Shown piece by piece: positions 40,101 to 53,158 of a stretch of DNA of 64,000 bases. Each line of letters opens with the position of its first letter. Position 1 is the first letter of the stretch. Made by a program: the position numbers and the translations under genes. The notes beneath the pieces are model-generated. The model was not told where the DNA came from. It did not search any database and saw nothing but the letters and a program-made list of their open reading frames with translations. Source of the DNA: Fimbriosthenelais zetlandica (taxonomy: Eukaryota); the NCBI GenBank assembly GCA_977030845.1, contig OZ365112.1:17794001-17858000 (forward strand), in the 5' to 3' direction.

Positions 40101-42257
40101 TTCTACATGGGAGCCCATAATAAAGCTGTTTGTCAGATAACATAAGCATGCAATATAGAGCTATGATACCTCCAAGACTGGTCCTACAATGGAAGGCTCT
40201 ACACCCCACAGAGATGTCCCCACAATGAAAGCAGCAGGAGGTAACAGAATAATCTCCCAGCGAAGCGCTCAGACAGCCCTGTACCCTGGCAAGGTGGTCC
40301 TACGATGGAGCAGTAAAGCCTGTATGGGCCGGGTATTATTGGGAGCTGTGGTTCTGTTCAGCCAGGCTAGAGCTGGTCCCCTACAAGTCTATAGCTCTGC
40401 TGGGTCCTATCCTGAACTGGACCAAGCACTGGACTGCATCAATCAAGGTACAATAAGGGTCCAGCAGGAGACCCATCCACTGTTCACTGCCTGCCGGTCG
40501 GCCCTGACTCTGGCAGGACATACGGTCCTGGTGGGGAGTAACGGGCGGAATTTGACAGACTAAGCCCAGGTTTTAAGAGAGTTTATACAACGAGGCGAGG
40601 AAATGATTGCCTGGGTATTAGGGAAATGTGGGGTGTTACTAGTTCATGGTAGGGTGGAAGGAGATATTGGAGGCTATTGGAAGGAAGATGGGGATGTGAT
40701 GGGTGGAGGAAAGAGTTGATCTGTGGTTTAGATGCTAATGCTGCCAACTCTGATTGGATTAGACCCACCTACGGTCTCGTTTTGCCATCAATATTAATAA
40801 AAGCAGCCTGAATTTTCGAGTTTTTTTGCATCAGACAAATCCAACAGCCTCTAAGAAAACTAACTCTTTCCCCGTGAGGACAACTTATTTCGTTCCATAT
40901 AGGCAAAATATGGCGATATAACAGGGCAATATTATGCTGCCTTGAAATGCTTCATTTCCTTCCTTTGCCCCTGTGAGCACTGCAGGAAATGTATTAGTGT
41001 GCGGCCCTTAAGCAGTTTATCTGCTAGCTACCTGTCTGGTTGGCCTTACGAGGACCTTAGAAAGGGCAAGATGGGGTAATATTTGCCCTCCTTCACTAAA
41101 TCATCGCCAAATCTCCACCGAGATGGCCTGCTTTACAAGCCTACACTTGCCAGCTCACACCCACATCTCGCTGACACTGTCAAATAGGTCGCCTTTATCA
41201 CCTCATGGGGAATTTATGATCTACAAGAAAATGTCCATGTTGCATTCCTACGTTTCTACCTAATAAAGGGAATTATAAAATACCTAAATATTCTCAAAGT
41301 CCATAGATCCTATAATTGTGTTTTTAATTGCTACTATAAATGATACGGTTTCTTATAAGTTCACTGATCTACGTACTCGGCATCCATTTTGGAAACTATA
41401 AGTCTAAAAAAAGCTTTATGAGCAACAGACATAATGCATTTGATCAATACATCTCTGATATGCTGCATGAGCTGAGGCTGCCAACTAAAAGTCCCATTAC
41501 AGACAAAAACTGAATGACTAACATTGCTGATATGTTTGTCCCAGTCAAGCTGGGTAATGGGGTTCCTGGAGGTTCTTGATATTGACTACTACTGAATTTA
41601 TTGGCATAAAAAACATCTAAATCATTATAAGTTATGTCAGAACGATTGTTCATGCTTTCCCTAACAGGATAGGTTGCCCAGCAGTCTCTTGCTTATTTTG
41701 AACAGTCCTTAATTCTGCGCCCAGTGCTGAAGTATTCCATTGGGACATGTATTATTAATCTTTCTTGGAAAAAAAAGAAACTACTAAAAGCAGCCAGCAA
41801 ATGGCAATTGAAATTAACCGAAGGTTCGGCTGTTCATTTCAGCCGTGAAAGCCAGAGGGTATTAGATGGCTTATGAATGACTCTTCACGAGTAACGCAAG
41901 AAAAATTGCTTAATTATGATATCCAATTTAGGATCAAATTTCGGAGTAAAATGCTCAAATTACCCGAAAAATTATCACTGGAGAAATTGATGCTTAAGAG
42001 ACTGCCAATTCAAGATGCCTTTCAGGCATTCAATGCTGCTTCTGCAGAATAATAACTTGTTATAATACTGATTTCTCTAACGAGACCCAAAGCGCAACCC
42101 TGAAGATCATATGCTGAAGAAGAATAATGCATAGAATTGTAAAAATATCTTGCCTAAGTTGTGATATTATGGCAGGATCGGTTATGTTGTGTTGGCCCGT
42201 TCTTCCATATATATACGTGTTTATATATACTTCTGACATATTCAGTCTATTTTTCAG

Positions 42258-42445
42258 CTACATGTACCCAACAAATTTATGCAAATTACCCCTGTCCCTG
42301 GGAGGACTGTATGCTGGAGGGTCAAGAAGAATGAGGTGTGTGGGCTTGGATTTGATTGGCTGGTTTGGGGTTCAATGCACCCCTCATGAATATGGTAAAA
42401 TCTGCAGCCACAAATGTTGAATTCAATCGTCACCAGCGCCTTGCT
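42258..42445 (+). pseudogene. Decayed PHD-finger-like coding remnant (possible C-terminus of an old transposase or gene, ~40.8-42.6 kb)
   Basis: A tttttcag| acceptor at 42257 is in frame with YPCPWEDC. After a stop and frameshifts come GWFGVQC and EFN-R-HQ-R-L, where CGT and CGC are each one substitution from Cys codons. This approximates C-x-C...W-F-H-x2-C...F-x-C-x2-C. Confidence 0.3.
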
Positions 42446-42767
42446 GTCAATGATTGTCAATCTGTGCCATTGGCGCTTGTTCGCTGGTTGAAAAATTCTT
42501 TTTTTTTCGACTGAAGATGGTACATCTGATACTATATCCCCAAGGCATTTTGTCATAGTGCGTATATAGGTTTTTACTACAGGCTTAGTCCATTTTTATA
42601 GGGTTTTTCATCCTAAAGGTATTATAGCATGTAAAACCACCCCTATTGGTAAAGAATACCATACGAATACGATTATTACACATTTATTTCAAGTAGTATG
42701 AGACTTTGCCCGATAATTTTGGAGTAATTTTCTGTCCTTTTGGGTCCGGGCCTTACATGGGTGTCCT

Positions 42768-42828
42768 TGATGTTGTAAGGGGCCCTGCGCACTATATAGC
42801 TCAAAGTGCAGGGCCCCTTACAACATCA
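42768..42828. repeat. Near-perfect 24-bp inverted repeat (61-nt hairpin)
   Basis: TGATGTTGTAAGGGGCCCTGC[GC]ACT - ATATAGCTCAA - AGTGCAGGGCCCCTTACAACATCA. The arms are perfect reverse complements apart from a 2-nt bulge; the loop is 11 nt. Confidence 0.9.
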
Positions 42829-45800
42829 TAAAACTCCCCGAGGCCCAACTGATAGGCCGGGAGAATCTGCCCCTTCAATATAGAGAGAATCCAGTGGAGT
42901 TATTTGTAATATATATATTGGTCTATCTTCAATTATCTATATGCTTTTGGATTATTGGAATTATTTTAATATTATCAAATTAAATTGCTATATTATTATA
43001 CCTTCGATCAGCTTTGTGTGGCATATAGACCTACGTCATAATTATAAAAATACGGGTTGCCTTATTAAAAGTGGCTTAATTTAACAGCGTCTAAATATGG
43101 ACTTTTCCATATGAGACTAAGAATTAATGCCAATGAAACGTGATGCTTCCAATGTACCATTAAGCGCGCTGCAATTAATCAAGATAATGACCAGCCAGCT
43201 TGATGACATTAGGATTTCTCCTTGTTAAAAATTTGAGATCATCAAATCAATTTTTTCAGAAATTAAAAAAGTCAAGATTCTCATTGTGAGGAGGATGCTG
43301 TGAGGTCACAATCCTGCAATACAATATCCTACAACACAAAAACTATCGGAGTAGAACTGTTTTTATACGTTTAGGCTACGTGTCTCGATGACTTCTTTTG
43401 GGATTCAGGCTATAGCCATTCATCTTGCAGTGTAAACCCAACCGAAACAAATAACATTAGTATTATTTATGTTGTATTTTGTACTGCTGGTGTTAAGTTT
43501 TAACACTAATGGAGATTTTAAACAGATAAAACTAACATAGACGGAAGGGGAGATTTTTTGTGATTTCCCACCTCAACTTATGCTGCCTGGCCTCGGGCAT
43601 ACCAGTTTGGGGATGATTCATTCACTTGGGCCTTCATTAGGATTCAAGGAGTGTCCAGCAGGGATATGGTGTGCAATGGCTCATTATCGTAAGACCAATA
43701 CTGGTTAGGAAAAGCATACACTAAAATGATTGTCACCCCACCATTCTGCAATGGATTCTTGGTCAATGTATGCTGCGAGTTTTATCCTTTAATAACATAT
43801 ATGTAGAAAAATATTCAATATTCTGTTGACTTCCAACTCCAGTGCATGTACTTGACATTTGAAGATACTGGTCGTACCTCAGTAACTTAGTGAAACGTTG
43901 AAATCAACAAGAAAGACCAGTTCCTTCAAATACACACCAAACCTAGTTGGAGCAGGACTAGGGAGCTGGGGTCTGGGGAGCTGGTTTGTTACCGTTAAGG
44001 CTGCTGTGAAGGCTTATCACCATCAGGAGGAGGCTGGCAGAGAGTTGACTTATCTTTGTCCGAGTGGGCAGCTCCAAGTAGTGCCAGCCCCCCTCCCCCC
44101 ACACACCCTGATCCTGTCTACCATTGATCCTCACCCCCTTGTACTGACTGTATTTTGCCTCCTCTCCTCCTTTTTCCCATGACTCTGACATTTGGTTTCT
44201 CTTGTCTGTCTTCAAGCTAGTTTGTGTGTGCTGCACCTTCTCTACATTCTCTTATCATCATCTTCCCCCATTTTCTTCTGACTGAACATTGCCATCTTGT
44301 TGCGTCTATCTGGCTTTTCCCTTCCCTGGTCTTCCTGTACATTGGTAACTTTTCATTTTCAAAAGACCCACACCTCATCTGGATTGTGCTTTTCGGATCT
44401 ACCTCTCCTTTTCACCTCAATCTCTCCACTCTTGTACTCCCTCCGTCCATTTTCCATCTTGCCTCCCCTTCCCACATACATCATTGTGATTGCCCCTAAA
44501 AATGGTGATCGTGTAAGGAAAGCGAGGGGCGGCAGTCGATTGCCCATTGCTGTGTCGGGGCGTTTTTCACGGGACAAATCTTGTTTTCCGATGTTATCAC
44601 ACTCGTTGGACGGAAGCTAATCACTCGGAAGGGTGATAGTCACTCCGGAGGGCTGGAAGCCTCCCCAGCCTTCCTCCAGTCTGTAGAAAGGTGGCTATTC
44701 TGACAGAGCTCTATTGATCAGTTCACAGCCTCAGTCGGCTAGGGTTAGCTCCAGTCTTTTCTATGTCCTCCTCCGGCTTTGTAGCCTGCCTTCATTAGGA
44801 GGTGGCAAGTAGGTGGGTGGAAGGTGAGGTTGGCATTGACTCTGATCTTGTTTGAAAAGTATGCATCTCTATTTATAGATCAGTCTCGACTTAATTATCT
44901 CATGTGAGCAATCCGCCCACAGCAATGCCCTTCTTGCTATGTGAGATGTTCTTTGAATCGGAGGAGGCAAAACCCGGCAACCCATCCAATTGATATTCTG
45001 TCTTTTTGCTCTTCCACTTACGGGCGTTTGGATAAAGCTGTTGGTGCCTCCTTGACACATCTTGTTTTGCCCCATCTTACCACGACTCAACCACATTTCA
45101 ACCACCAGTAAAACAGTGGCCATATCCAAGGTTCTCCAGTGTTTGGGCCCCTTTTTGAAAGGCCCCTCGTCCCAGACCTCGTTTAATAAATGCATTTAAC
45201 CGCACTCCTATTTTCATCATCCCAAGTCCATTAACATGGTCCCCTCATCCCTAATCCCACAGCCATTTGCCGGGATCCACCCTCTCTCCTACCTCTCATC
45301 CGAGGATTAAAAGCAAACCACACTTGTTCCTGGTTCCTCTTGCTTCTCGTGACCTTCAAGGAGGGCTTTTCTCTCCTATACCATTTATCTCCTGTTAACT
45401 GTGCGCATCTAATCTCTCTACAATTATCTTTCCCTGCGTGGTATTTACAAATGATTAGTTATTGAATATTTTGTTGTGGTGTAGACCAGTCTTGCCCCCT
45501 CTGGGATTTAAGGATATTTTCCGGTATTTTTAGCTTTTAATTGAGGGAGACCAAGAGAATCCTGTGTGTAATGATCAGTTTACCCAGGACCACTGTACAT
45601 TGACCCAGTCACTGTGTTTATACTGATTCTGCCATGTCTCTTACACCCTAGTCCTCCTCCTCTGAGTGACCGTTGGAATTGTTATACCCTCCTCCACCCT
45701 CCCCGGCACCTATCTTCAATTGATCATCAGACACCATCTTCCTGAGAGAGATGCAGCCAGCTTTAACGTGGCCCTCCGCTTTGTATTGATCCAAGCTTGG

Positions 45801-48800
45801 GCGCCACCATGGCGGCTGGATGAGGCCCACTTGGTCAACAGGTCATAACTGACAGGCAGACCAGCTTCCTTGGCAAATCTAAATCTGTATTGTTTCTCTA
45901 TGTATCTCTAGCCAACTTTGATGAGATCTTTTGATTGATATGGCTGAGAAATTATATGTCTAGAAGTAAACTGGGCGGTTTTGTTACATACATATAATAC
46001 AGCCTGGTGCCTTATATCCATCGTGCTATATACTCCTATAGATTATATTGATTAATATTGACTTTCGGTGATTTAAACAAGCATTTCCGTTGAAATATTT
46101 TCTTGCGTCTGTAGGATGTAATTTGTTATCAATGGTGAAATTGCCAAGGGAAGGGGATTGGATTTAAATGATGATGAGGTATATGTCGTTCTGGTGCCAG
46201 GTTCAGGAAGGAACTGTGATTGCTACTTTAGAACTTAGTGAACAGCGCAAAACTGGTAGGCCCTGGAAAACTGGGTGTAATACTTGGAAATCGACCGAGT
46301 TTAAATGAGAAAGGGACCTGAATCGGCAGGATATGCCCAGGGCTTATCAAGTCAGAGAGCAAGGTCTATCTTGTCTATAGAGGAGGGAAGTGATGGGAAC
46401 GAAGGTCCTTTGACAAGCTTTAGTCCCCAGTGGGAGAGGCGCTCCGGCATTATGACTTGGTTGGAGATTCACTTGGGAAGCCTGATTCAGCTGAGCGAGA
46501 ACGATAAATGAAATTTATTATCCTAAAGGCAATATATACGTCTCCTTCAATTTTTTTTGCATGTGTAGATCATGTTGTGTGTGCTCTTCATTAGGTTAAA
46601 AACATTCTACATTGAGTGCACTTAAAAGACAGCAGTGTATGGGTCACCTTTTGGTGTTTGGTTGGCCTTTCGCAATAATACTGAATCCTTTCACATGTCA
46701 AGTTATTCATGATCTATTTCTTCTATTTTTGCAGAACCTGCTCTTGTGTTTTGCCCCTGTGGCCAGGCATGGCCGGGATGCTTTTGTCGATGAAATGGAT
46801 GTGGATATATGCGTCGGTACGTGGATGTTGTATCGCAGACTTGGGCATACCCAGCTTCCTGATGACCAAATTTTTAAAATGTACTCCGCAGCTAAAGTCG
46901 CCTGCAATGGTTTTACTACAACATAGTCATTCCCTTCTCCACTAGAGGGTGCCTAATCACTTGAAGTACTGACACACGCTGATATTGATTCCTTTTGTCT
47001 AGAGATCGGAATGTAAGGATGAACGAATGGGTGGATGGTATACATATATGTACATATCTCATGAATAATGATGGATGGTTCTAACTAGGCTATACATCCC
47101 ACGATAATTATTGTTCTTTAATTAGTATTGTCTCTGTTTTTACTTTTTAAAGCTTATTCAGTTCTTAAGCAATACTGGTCTTTTGTATAAAATGAGAGGC
47201 TTGAGACACCTATTGTATTTAGGTGTATACTGTTTTCCTTTGTGACTACAATATATCATTGCATTAGGGTATACTATTGTGTGGGGATTGACTATAAATT
47301 AATTGGAAAGCGGTTAGTCACATTATATGACAGTCTATGATATGTATTGTAAACGTCCATGTAGGAAATGTCTTTCTATTGTAATCAGAAGCAATGTATG
47401 TATATAAGAGTTGTGATTCAGATCGTCCGCTGACGTTTGCCAACATTTGAAAAATAAGATGTATTTAGGTGTTTTCTGAAGAAGATGCTTTACAAAATAA
47501 TATAAGTCAAACATATGAACTTATGCGTCCATATTTTTGACATGTGATGGAATATTATCTGATCTTTTAAAGGAATTCAGATGTATAGATTTAGATAACA
47601 TTTCTACTCACAGTTCTTAGTTACAGAAACATTTGCCAAACATCATCCCTCCCTCTGTGACAGGCATAATCTCATGTGTATACATGTATACATAGATATT
47701 TCAAACATACAGTTTCACATACAGATTTTTAATGATCTACCATCATGTATTAACATTGCGTAAACATGTTTTTATACAATGTAAATGTATAATTATGTAG
47801 GCACTTGTAATGTGTGAGATGGTGCACAATTGAAGCTTGTCTCTTTGATAGACAATTTATGCAGAAGAATATGAGCAATGTTATTTCACAGATAATGGAC
47901 TCCTCCTCTATATTACATGTTGTACACTATTGTATAAAATGTTGTCTAGGGGAATATCCTCATGCATTATATATAAGGTATGTCACGAGAAAGAGGTAGG
48001 AGACCAACGTCCGAAGTATGTGGACCTTCTGAACCATTTCACAGAAATAGATGTTCTGAAACTGTTTGGAAGCATGGAAAGGGTCGGCTTCCTTTTTGAC
48101 TTATTTTTATTGTAAAATATTATGATTGATTATTTCCTTTATCGAAAATTCTGAAATTATTTACATCTAAACACGACCTACTGGTAGATCTATGTCAATA
48201 TCACACCCCTTGTCGATCAAGTCCAGATAGATTTAGCATTGGAACTTGTTCTTACCAGGGAGTAGTTCGGAATATCACATAAAAGATATATTATTTAAGC
48301 TGTGTGGAGTTCAATTATATTCATGTTCATATGCAACTTCATAGGGGGATTGGCAAGACATAGCCCCATCACATTGATCAGTGTTAAGGTCATTTTTGTA
48401 AAGGTTTGAACGATAGCAGAGATTACCAAGAGATGTTGAAACATGCATATTCATCCACACTCGTGTTGAAGAAAAAATAAGTAAATAAAACATTTATACA
48501 ATAGATAAATGTTTCTAGCTTTTAACTGGTAGCCGTCGTCTCATGGTCGTACCTTCTGTTGAAGCTTCTGTATACGATGTTACTCAGTTAATTTTGTTAT
48601 ATGGTTTTATTAGTTGATGTGACTAGTGCAGCATGCACTGACCACCAGATTCTGTTGGCTCTTGTTGACCAGATAATGAGTACTACATACCTTCATTAGT
48701 AGGGCCTTTAATCAGTTTTTATACTCATTTATACCTGTTTTTGTTTAACTATATGAGGTGATAGATTGTCAATTTTTCTGTATTTTGGAAGGAAAGTGAC

Positions 48801-48861
48801 ATAGTAATTTGTAATCAGAAACCCAACAGGTGCTTTGTTGAAATATGCACTGACATGAGCA

Positions 48862-48888
48862 GGGGCGGAGACGCACATATATATGTGC
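48862..48888 (+). promoter_or_regulatory. Candidate core promoter of the kringle gene
   Basis: GC box GGGGCGGAG (48862-48870), followed by the perfect 16-bp palindrome GCACATATATATGTGC (48873-48888) containing TATATA, about 130 nt upstream of ATG 49013. Confidence 0.4.
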
Positions 48889-49012
48889 ACGTAAAATATA
48901 GGAGTAGCAGGAGGACTGTGTGGAGAGGGGAGTTATATCTAGAGTGCTTCACAAATGAAGCTGTAGTTTGCAAAATATTGCGAAGCGGTAAACACTAGTC
49001 AGATCTGAAAAA

Positions 49013-51313
49013 ATGATCATCCTCAGTTACAATTGTCTTCTCCTGGAACTAGCAATCCTTACAGGTAGGAATGGCTTAATTGTTTAGTCACATTTGACTG
49101 TAGGCCATGTTTATGATATTTGAGAAATTGTACAATATTAATAGGTCTATTTATCTGTAAAATTTGAAAATGTAAAATTTATTTCCTTCGTTATGTGTTG
49201 CCTCCTGTCTGTCTAAAATCTTTGTTTTTGCCTTTTTAGCTCTGATAACCGGCTGCTTTGGAAATTTAGGTAAGTTAACTGAATAATTGAACAGCTAGAA
49301 GATTCATCATGCTGTTCAATACTGTCTTATTATATTGTATTTGCCTTTAGACTACTAATTTGAGATATTATAATACGTTATGTTTGGGTTAAATTAATTC
49401 TACAGCCTATAAGCTAATGTGTAATTTCATCTTTAGATTGTCATCAATTTATTAAGAATGTCTATTTGGGATGTCTATTGCAGAATGTATGTTGACCCAT
49501 TCGGGTAAAGAATATCAGGGAACAGTTAGCACAACTGTGAATGGGCACACATGTCAGAGATGGGATTCACAGACACCTCAAGGACACATCTACACCAATC
49601 CTGCTTCCTATCCTGAAACTAACGTCTCTGATGCTGCAAACTACTGTAGGAACCCAGACAGAATGTGGGGACGGGGGACATGGTGTTTTACCGTCACTCC
49701 TGGCAAGAGATGGGACGTCTGTGTTATTCCTTACTGTGGTAAGTATTATGCCTAGTAATAAGTTCTCGAGCACGCATATATAGCTTTGCTTTCATTTCTG
49801 TCCATATCGACCCTCTAAAGATGCTCCAAAAAGTCCTGACCAGAGAAATATATTAGGTGGAACAATTTTCATGATCATTTAAAAAAAACTGATGGCTAAG
49901 TGACTACCTAATGTCTGATCGCTGTTCATTTCTTTGGATATCTGGCCCTGCATGGGCATTATGGTTAGAAGAGATGAGGATTTAACCAAGGATCATATGG
50001 ACTTGAGATCCTTGCATGAACCAAGCAACCATATTTATGTGGCATTTTCTCTCTGCAGAATGTAAGAGTGATGTCATTGGTTACAAGTTTGTTGGTTCCA
50101 TTAATACAACATCTTCTGGCCTCGCATGTCAAAGCTGGGATAATCTGTCACCTCATCCTCACAACTTTACTAATGATGAAGACTTCTATGATCATGATCT
50201 GCTAGATGCTGGTAATCACTGCCGAAACCCCAGATCGTCACGCCCTCTGGGGCCGTGGTGCTATACCATAGACCCGACTGTTGAGTGGGAGTACTGTGAA
50301 ATAGCTCTGTGTGGTGAGTAATAACTTGACAATCATTCTTCTACGGGCTTTCCGACTATCCCCCCCCCCCTCCTCCAACGAGTGTTACCAACAAGAGGTC
50401 CCACGAGATGTCTCATAAGCCCTCGTATAATTTTGGAGCGCTCGCAGATCTTATGCAAGTGGGGATGGTTTGTTCCATGTAGAGAAATGAAAATATTGTC
50501 TTTCTGTTCCAAAGTTGCTATTGATACCACATACTGGAATGGCATTTTCTTTATACATTTATATGTTAATTAAAAATGTTTTTCTTCAGATATATCTTCG
50601 GAAGAGGAAACTACTATTGGCACAGTTCTGACAGTGACAACTGCTAAAGTAAGTAATAGTACCATTAAGCCTGGGGCATATATGTGATTCTCCAAGCGAT
50701 AGATAATTACAAGTATTGGGTGTGACTAGAAATATACCTTTGCGCGGGTATCGCTTATAAAATCTCTTACATGTGTCCCAGGCTTTACCTCTTCTAGCGA
50801 TCTCTTTCTTTGGCATCTTCTCGTTTTCACCTTTCACTTCAACCCATTTTCCTACATCTTATACAATTATTTCTCAGGCTGAAACTGGCAAAGAAGACGA
50901 AGGGGAGAAAAAAGATGGAAAAGACAATAATTCCCCGAAGACCGGAGCTTCTACAGGTAATAAGTTAGGTCTCGCTGTATATTCAAATCTTTTCATTAAC
51001 TAATTGATCTTTTGTTATTTTTCCCTATAGTTATGCAACGAAGTTACTAGAACACACAAGTACTCATGCCTAACAGCATCTTTAATCGTGTCCTCTTTTT
51101 ACAGATGAGAAGGCTGGTATGATTGGTCCGGGCGGTATCGCAGGTATAGTTCTCTCACTGATGGCCCTTATTGCTGGTACTGTCATTGGTCTTTGGTGGC
51201 GCTTTTATCGCCAAAATCCTGAGTTGCCTTCTGACAAGATGAAGTTTGAAAACTTTGATAATCCTCTCTACAATAAACCCGCGAGTACATCCAAACCCAG
51301 TACTAATCCTTAA
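49013..51313 (+). CDS. Two-kringle type-I transmembrane protein with cytoplasmic NPxY motif, 7 coding exons, 312 aa
   Basis: Exons 49013-49064, 49240-49269, 49484-49738 (kringle 1), 50059-50313 (kringle 2), 50590-50648, 50878-50956, 51105-51313. The total is 939 nt, all GT-AG and phase-consistent. Signal MIILSYNCLLLELAILTALITGCFG. Kringle signatures: C..Y.G..S.T..G..CQ.W, [YH]CRNP, WC[FY]T, W..C.I..C. TM GIAGIVLSLMALIAGTVIGLWW; tail FENFDNPLY. Confidence 0.92.
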
Positions 51314-53158
51314 TCTATCTGTGCTCACTATATATTTACAATAACTTTTATTACAACTTGTACTGTAAGTTTCTGAATTCAGCCAGTGAATCAAAATTAA
51401 TTGTACCATTATGTTCGTTTGTTGGTTGGTTTAACTCAATGTAATTCTGACTTTGCTCTCTGAGTTGTTGCTAAATTATATAACTCATGAAATAGTTCAT
51501 TATGTATACCAGATGGAGAAATAACTCATCGTTGAGACGGTAAATATCAATATTACATAATTACCTCGAAATAAACAGTGATGGCAGATTTAATCTTCCA
51601 AACTTCATTTCACTTTATTTAAAAAACAGATACTCATTAATATGCTTATCGTTGAACTCTTATAAAAATACATAACGGCGTTACTCATACGCCAAGATCC
51701 CATTTCTACATGTAATATGTCTTTAGTTTAATGATTTCTGTTCATTGTTGTATTCTCAAGGTAATAGACGATGAATAATTTATATCGTCTTAATTCCGTC
51801 ATAAGTATGTAATAATGTAGAAGATAAAACTCGTTAGGGCATATCCAGAACCTGATCAACAATATGAACTTTTCCTATCTCAATATCAAATGTTTGAAAC
51901 ACTTGCGTCGATGTAGACTTTATGAGATTTTAAATGGGTATTCCATATATAAGACAGTGTTTCTAGCGAAATACATTTTATGCGGTAATCCAAGTTATAT
52001 TGTACAATCTCTGACACAGATAACATGACCTGAATATAGGTTAAAACAAATACATCAGCGACAAAATATAATATTTTCATAATTCATATTTTCATTATGT
52101 CTCAAGGCTGTTGAGAGAGGTCATCACAGGTTGTTAATATCATGTTTTACCACGAATAAGAGCTAGATGTAGTTATAAAATTAAGGATCTAGATTACAAT
52201 ATGCCATAGAGCTGGCTCCCAAATCACATGAGTCCTTGACATACAATTTCTGGGTCTGCAACCTTGCAACGCCCTTTTTGATACTTAACTTAAAAGGTTT
52301 CATACACAATCATTGATATTACATTGTTGGACTAATATACCAGAGACCCAAGGAATTTAAAATATCCTTTCCTAATAATTATTATATTAATATTATTAGG
52401 AGCTGGACATTTTATAGCAATAAGTACGTTGAAATGCCTTGTGGTATGCTGGTTGCTTGATAACCGTGGTAATCACAAAATATCTTGGTTAACTTAAATA
52501 CATTTGTATAATTTGATTTTTCTTCTAATTTTTATGTACACGATACAAATTTATTCTCTATGAAACATACATTCCTACAAAATAAATACAGTTGGCCATG
52601 GTTAAACTTATATGCTACTGTTGGCAGAAAACTTTTGCCACGTTTGCAAATACTTAACAGTGATAATGCATCTGCAAGTGGAGGGTTAATTCTAAATTAC
52701 ATGTCAATTAACGAGAATTCACTGAGAGCTCCTTCAAGATATCTGAGACTTTTATCATAATGATACAATTATTTCAGGGTATTGATAATATCACATAGTT
52801 GGTTCATCTATCTCTTCTGCATAATATATTTGATTCTTTATTTTATAGATGATCCATAGTCCCAGTATAGACCCAGCCTATAGTCATATCAAGAAAGGTG
52901 AAAACTAAATCTCTTGGTCAGGACGGTATTGATATGGCACTTCCTTACCTCTTACTGCCTCATTGCTCACCCGACAAGACACCGTGTACGGTGTACAGGT
53001 TCTTAAATTAATTTAGGGACCTACTCATGTAGAAACATGATAATTATGGTCAACTTAGCATTGGCTTTACGGTATTTTGTACTTTAAACAAGTGAATAGA
53101 TCATCTTCTCCTCCCATAATTAAAGCTGGCTAATATTGTACCCTGGATTCTTAAGTAT

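Noticed and set aside
45803-45816. Perfect Kozak contexts on both strands around CCATGG
   Set aside because: They open only 4- and 15-codon frames; more likely a YY1-like site or chance.
46725-46945. Acceptor followed by Cys-rich short frames
   Set aside because: The phase-1 frame has an internal stop, and the other frames have no recognisable homology or partner exons.
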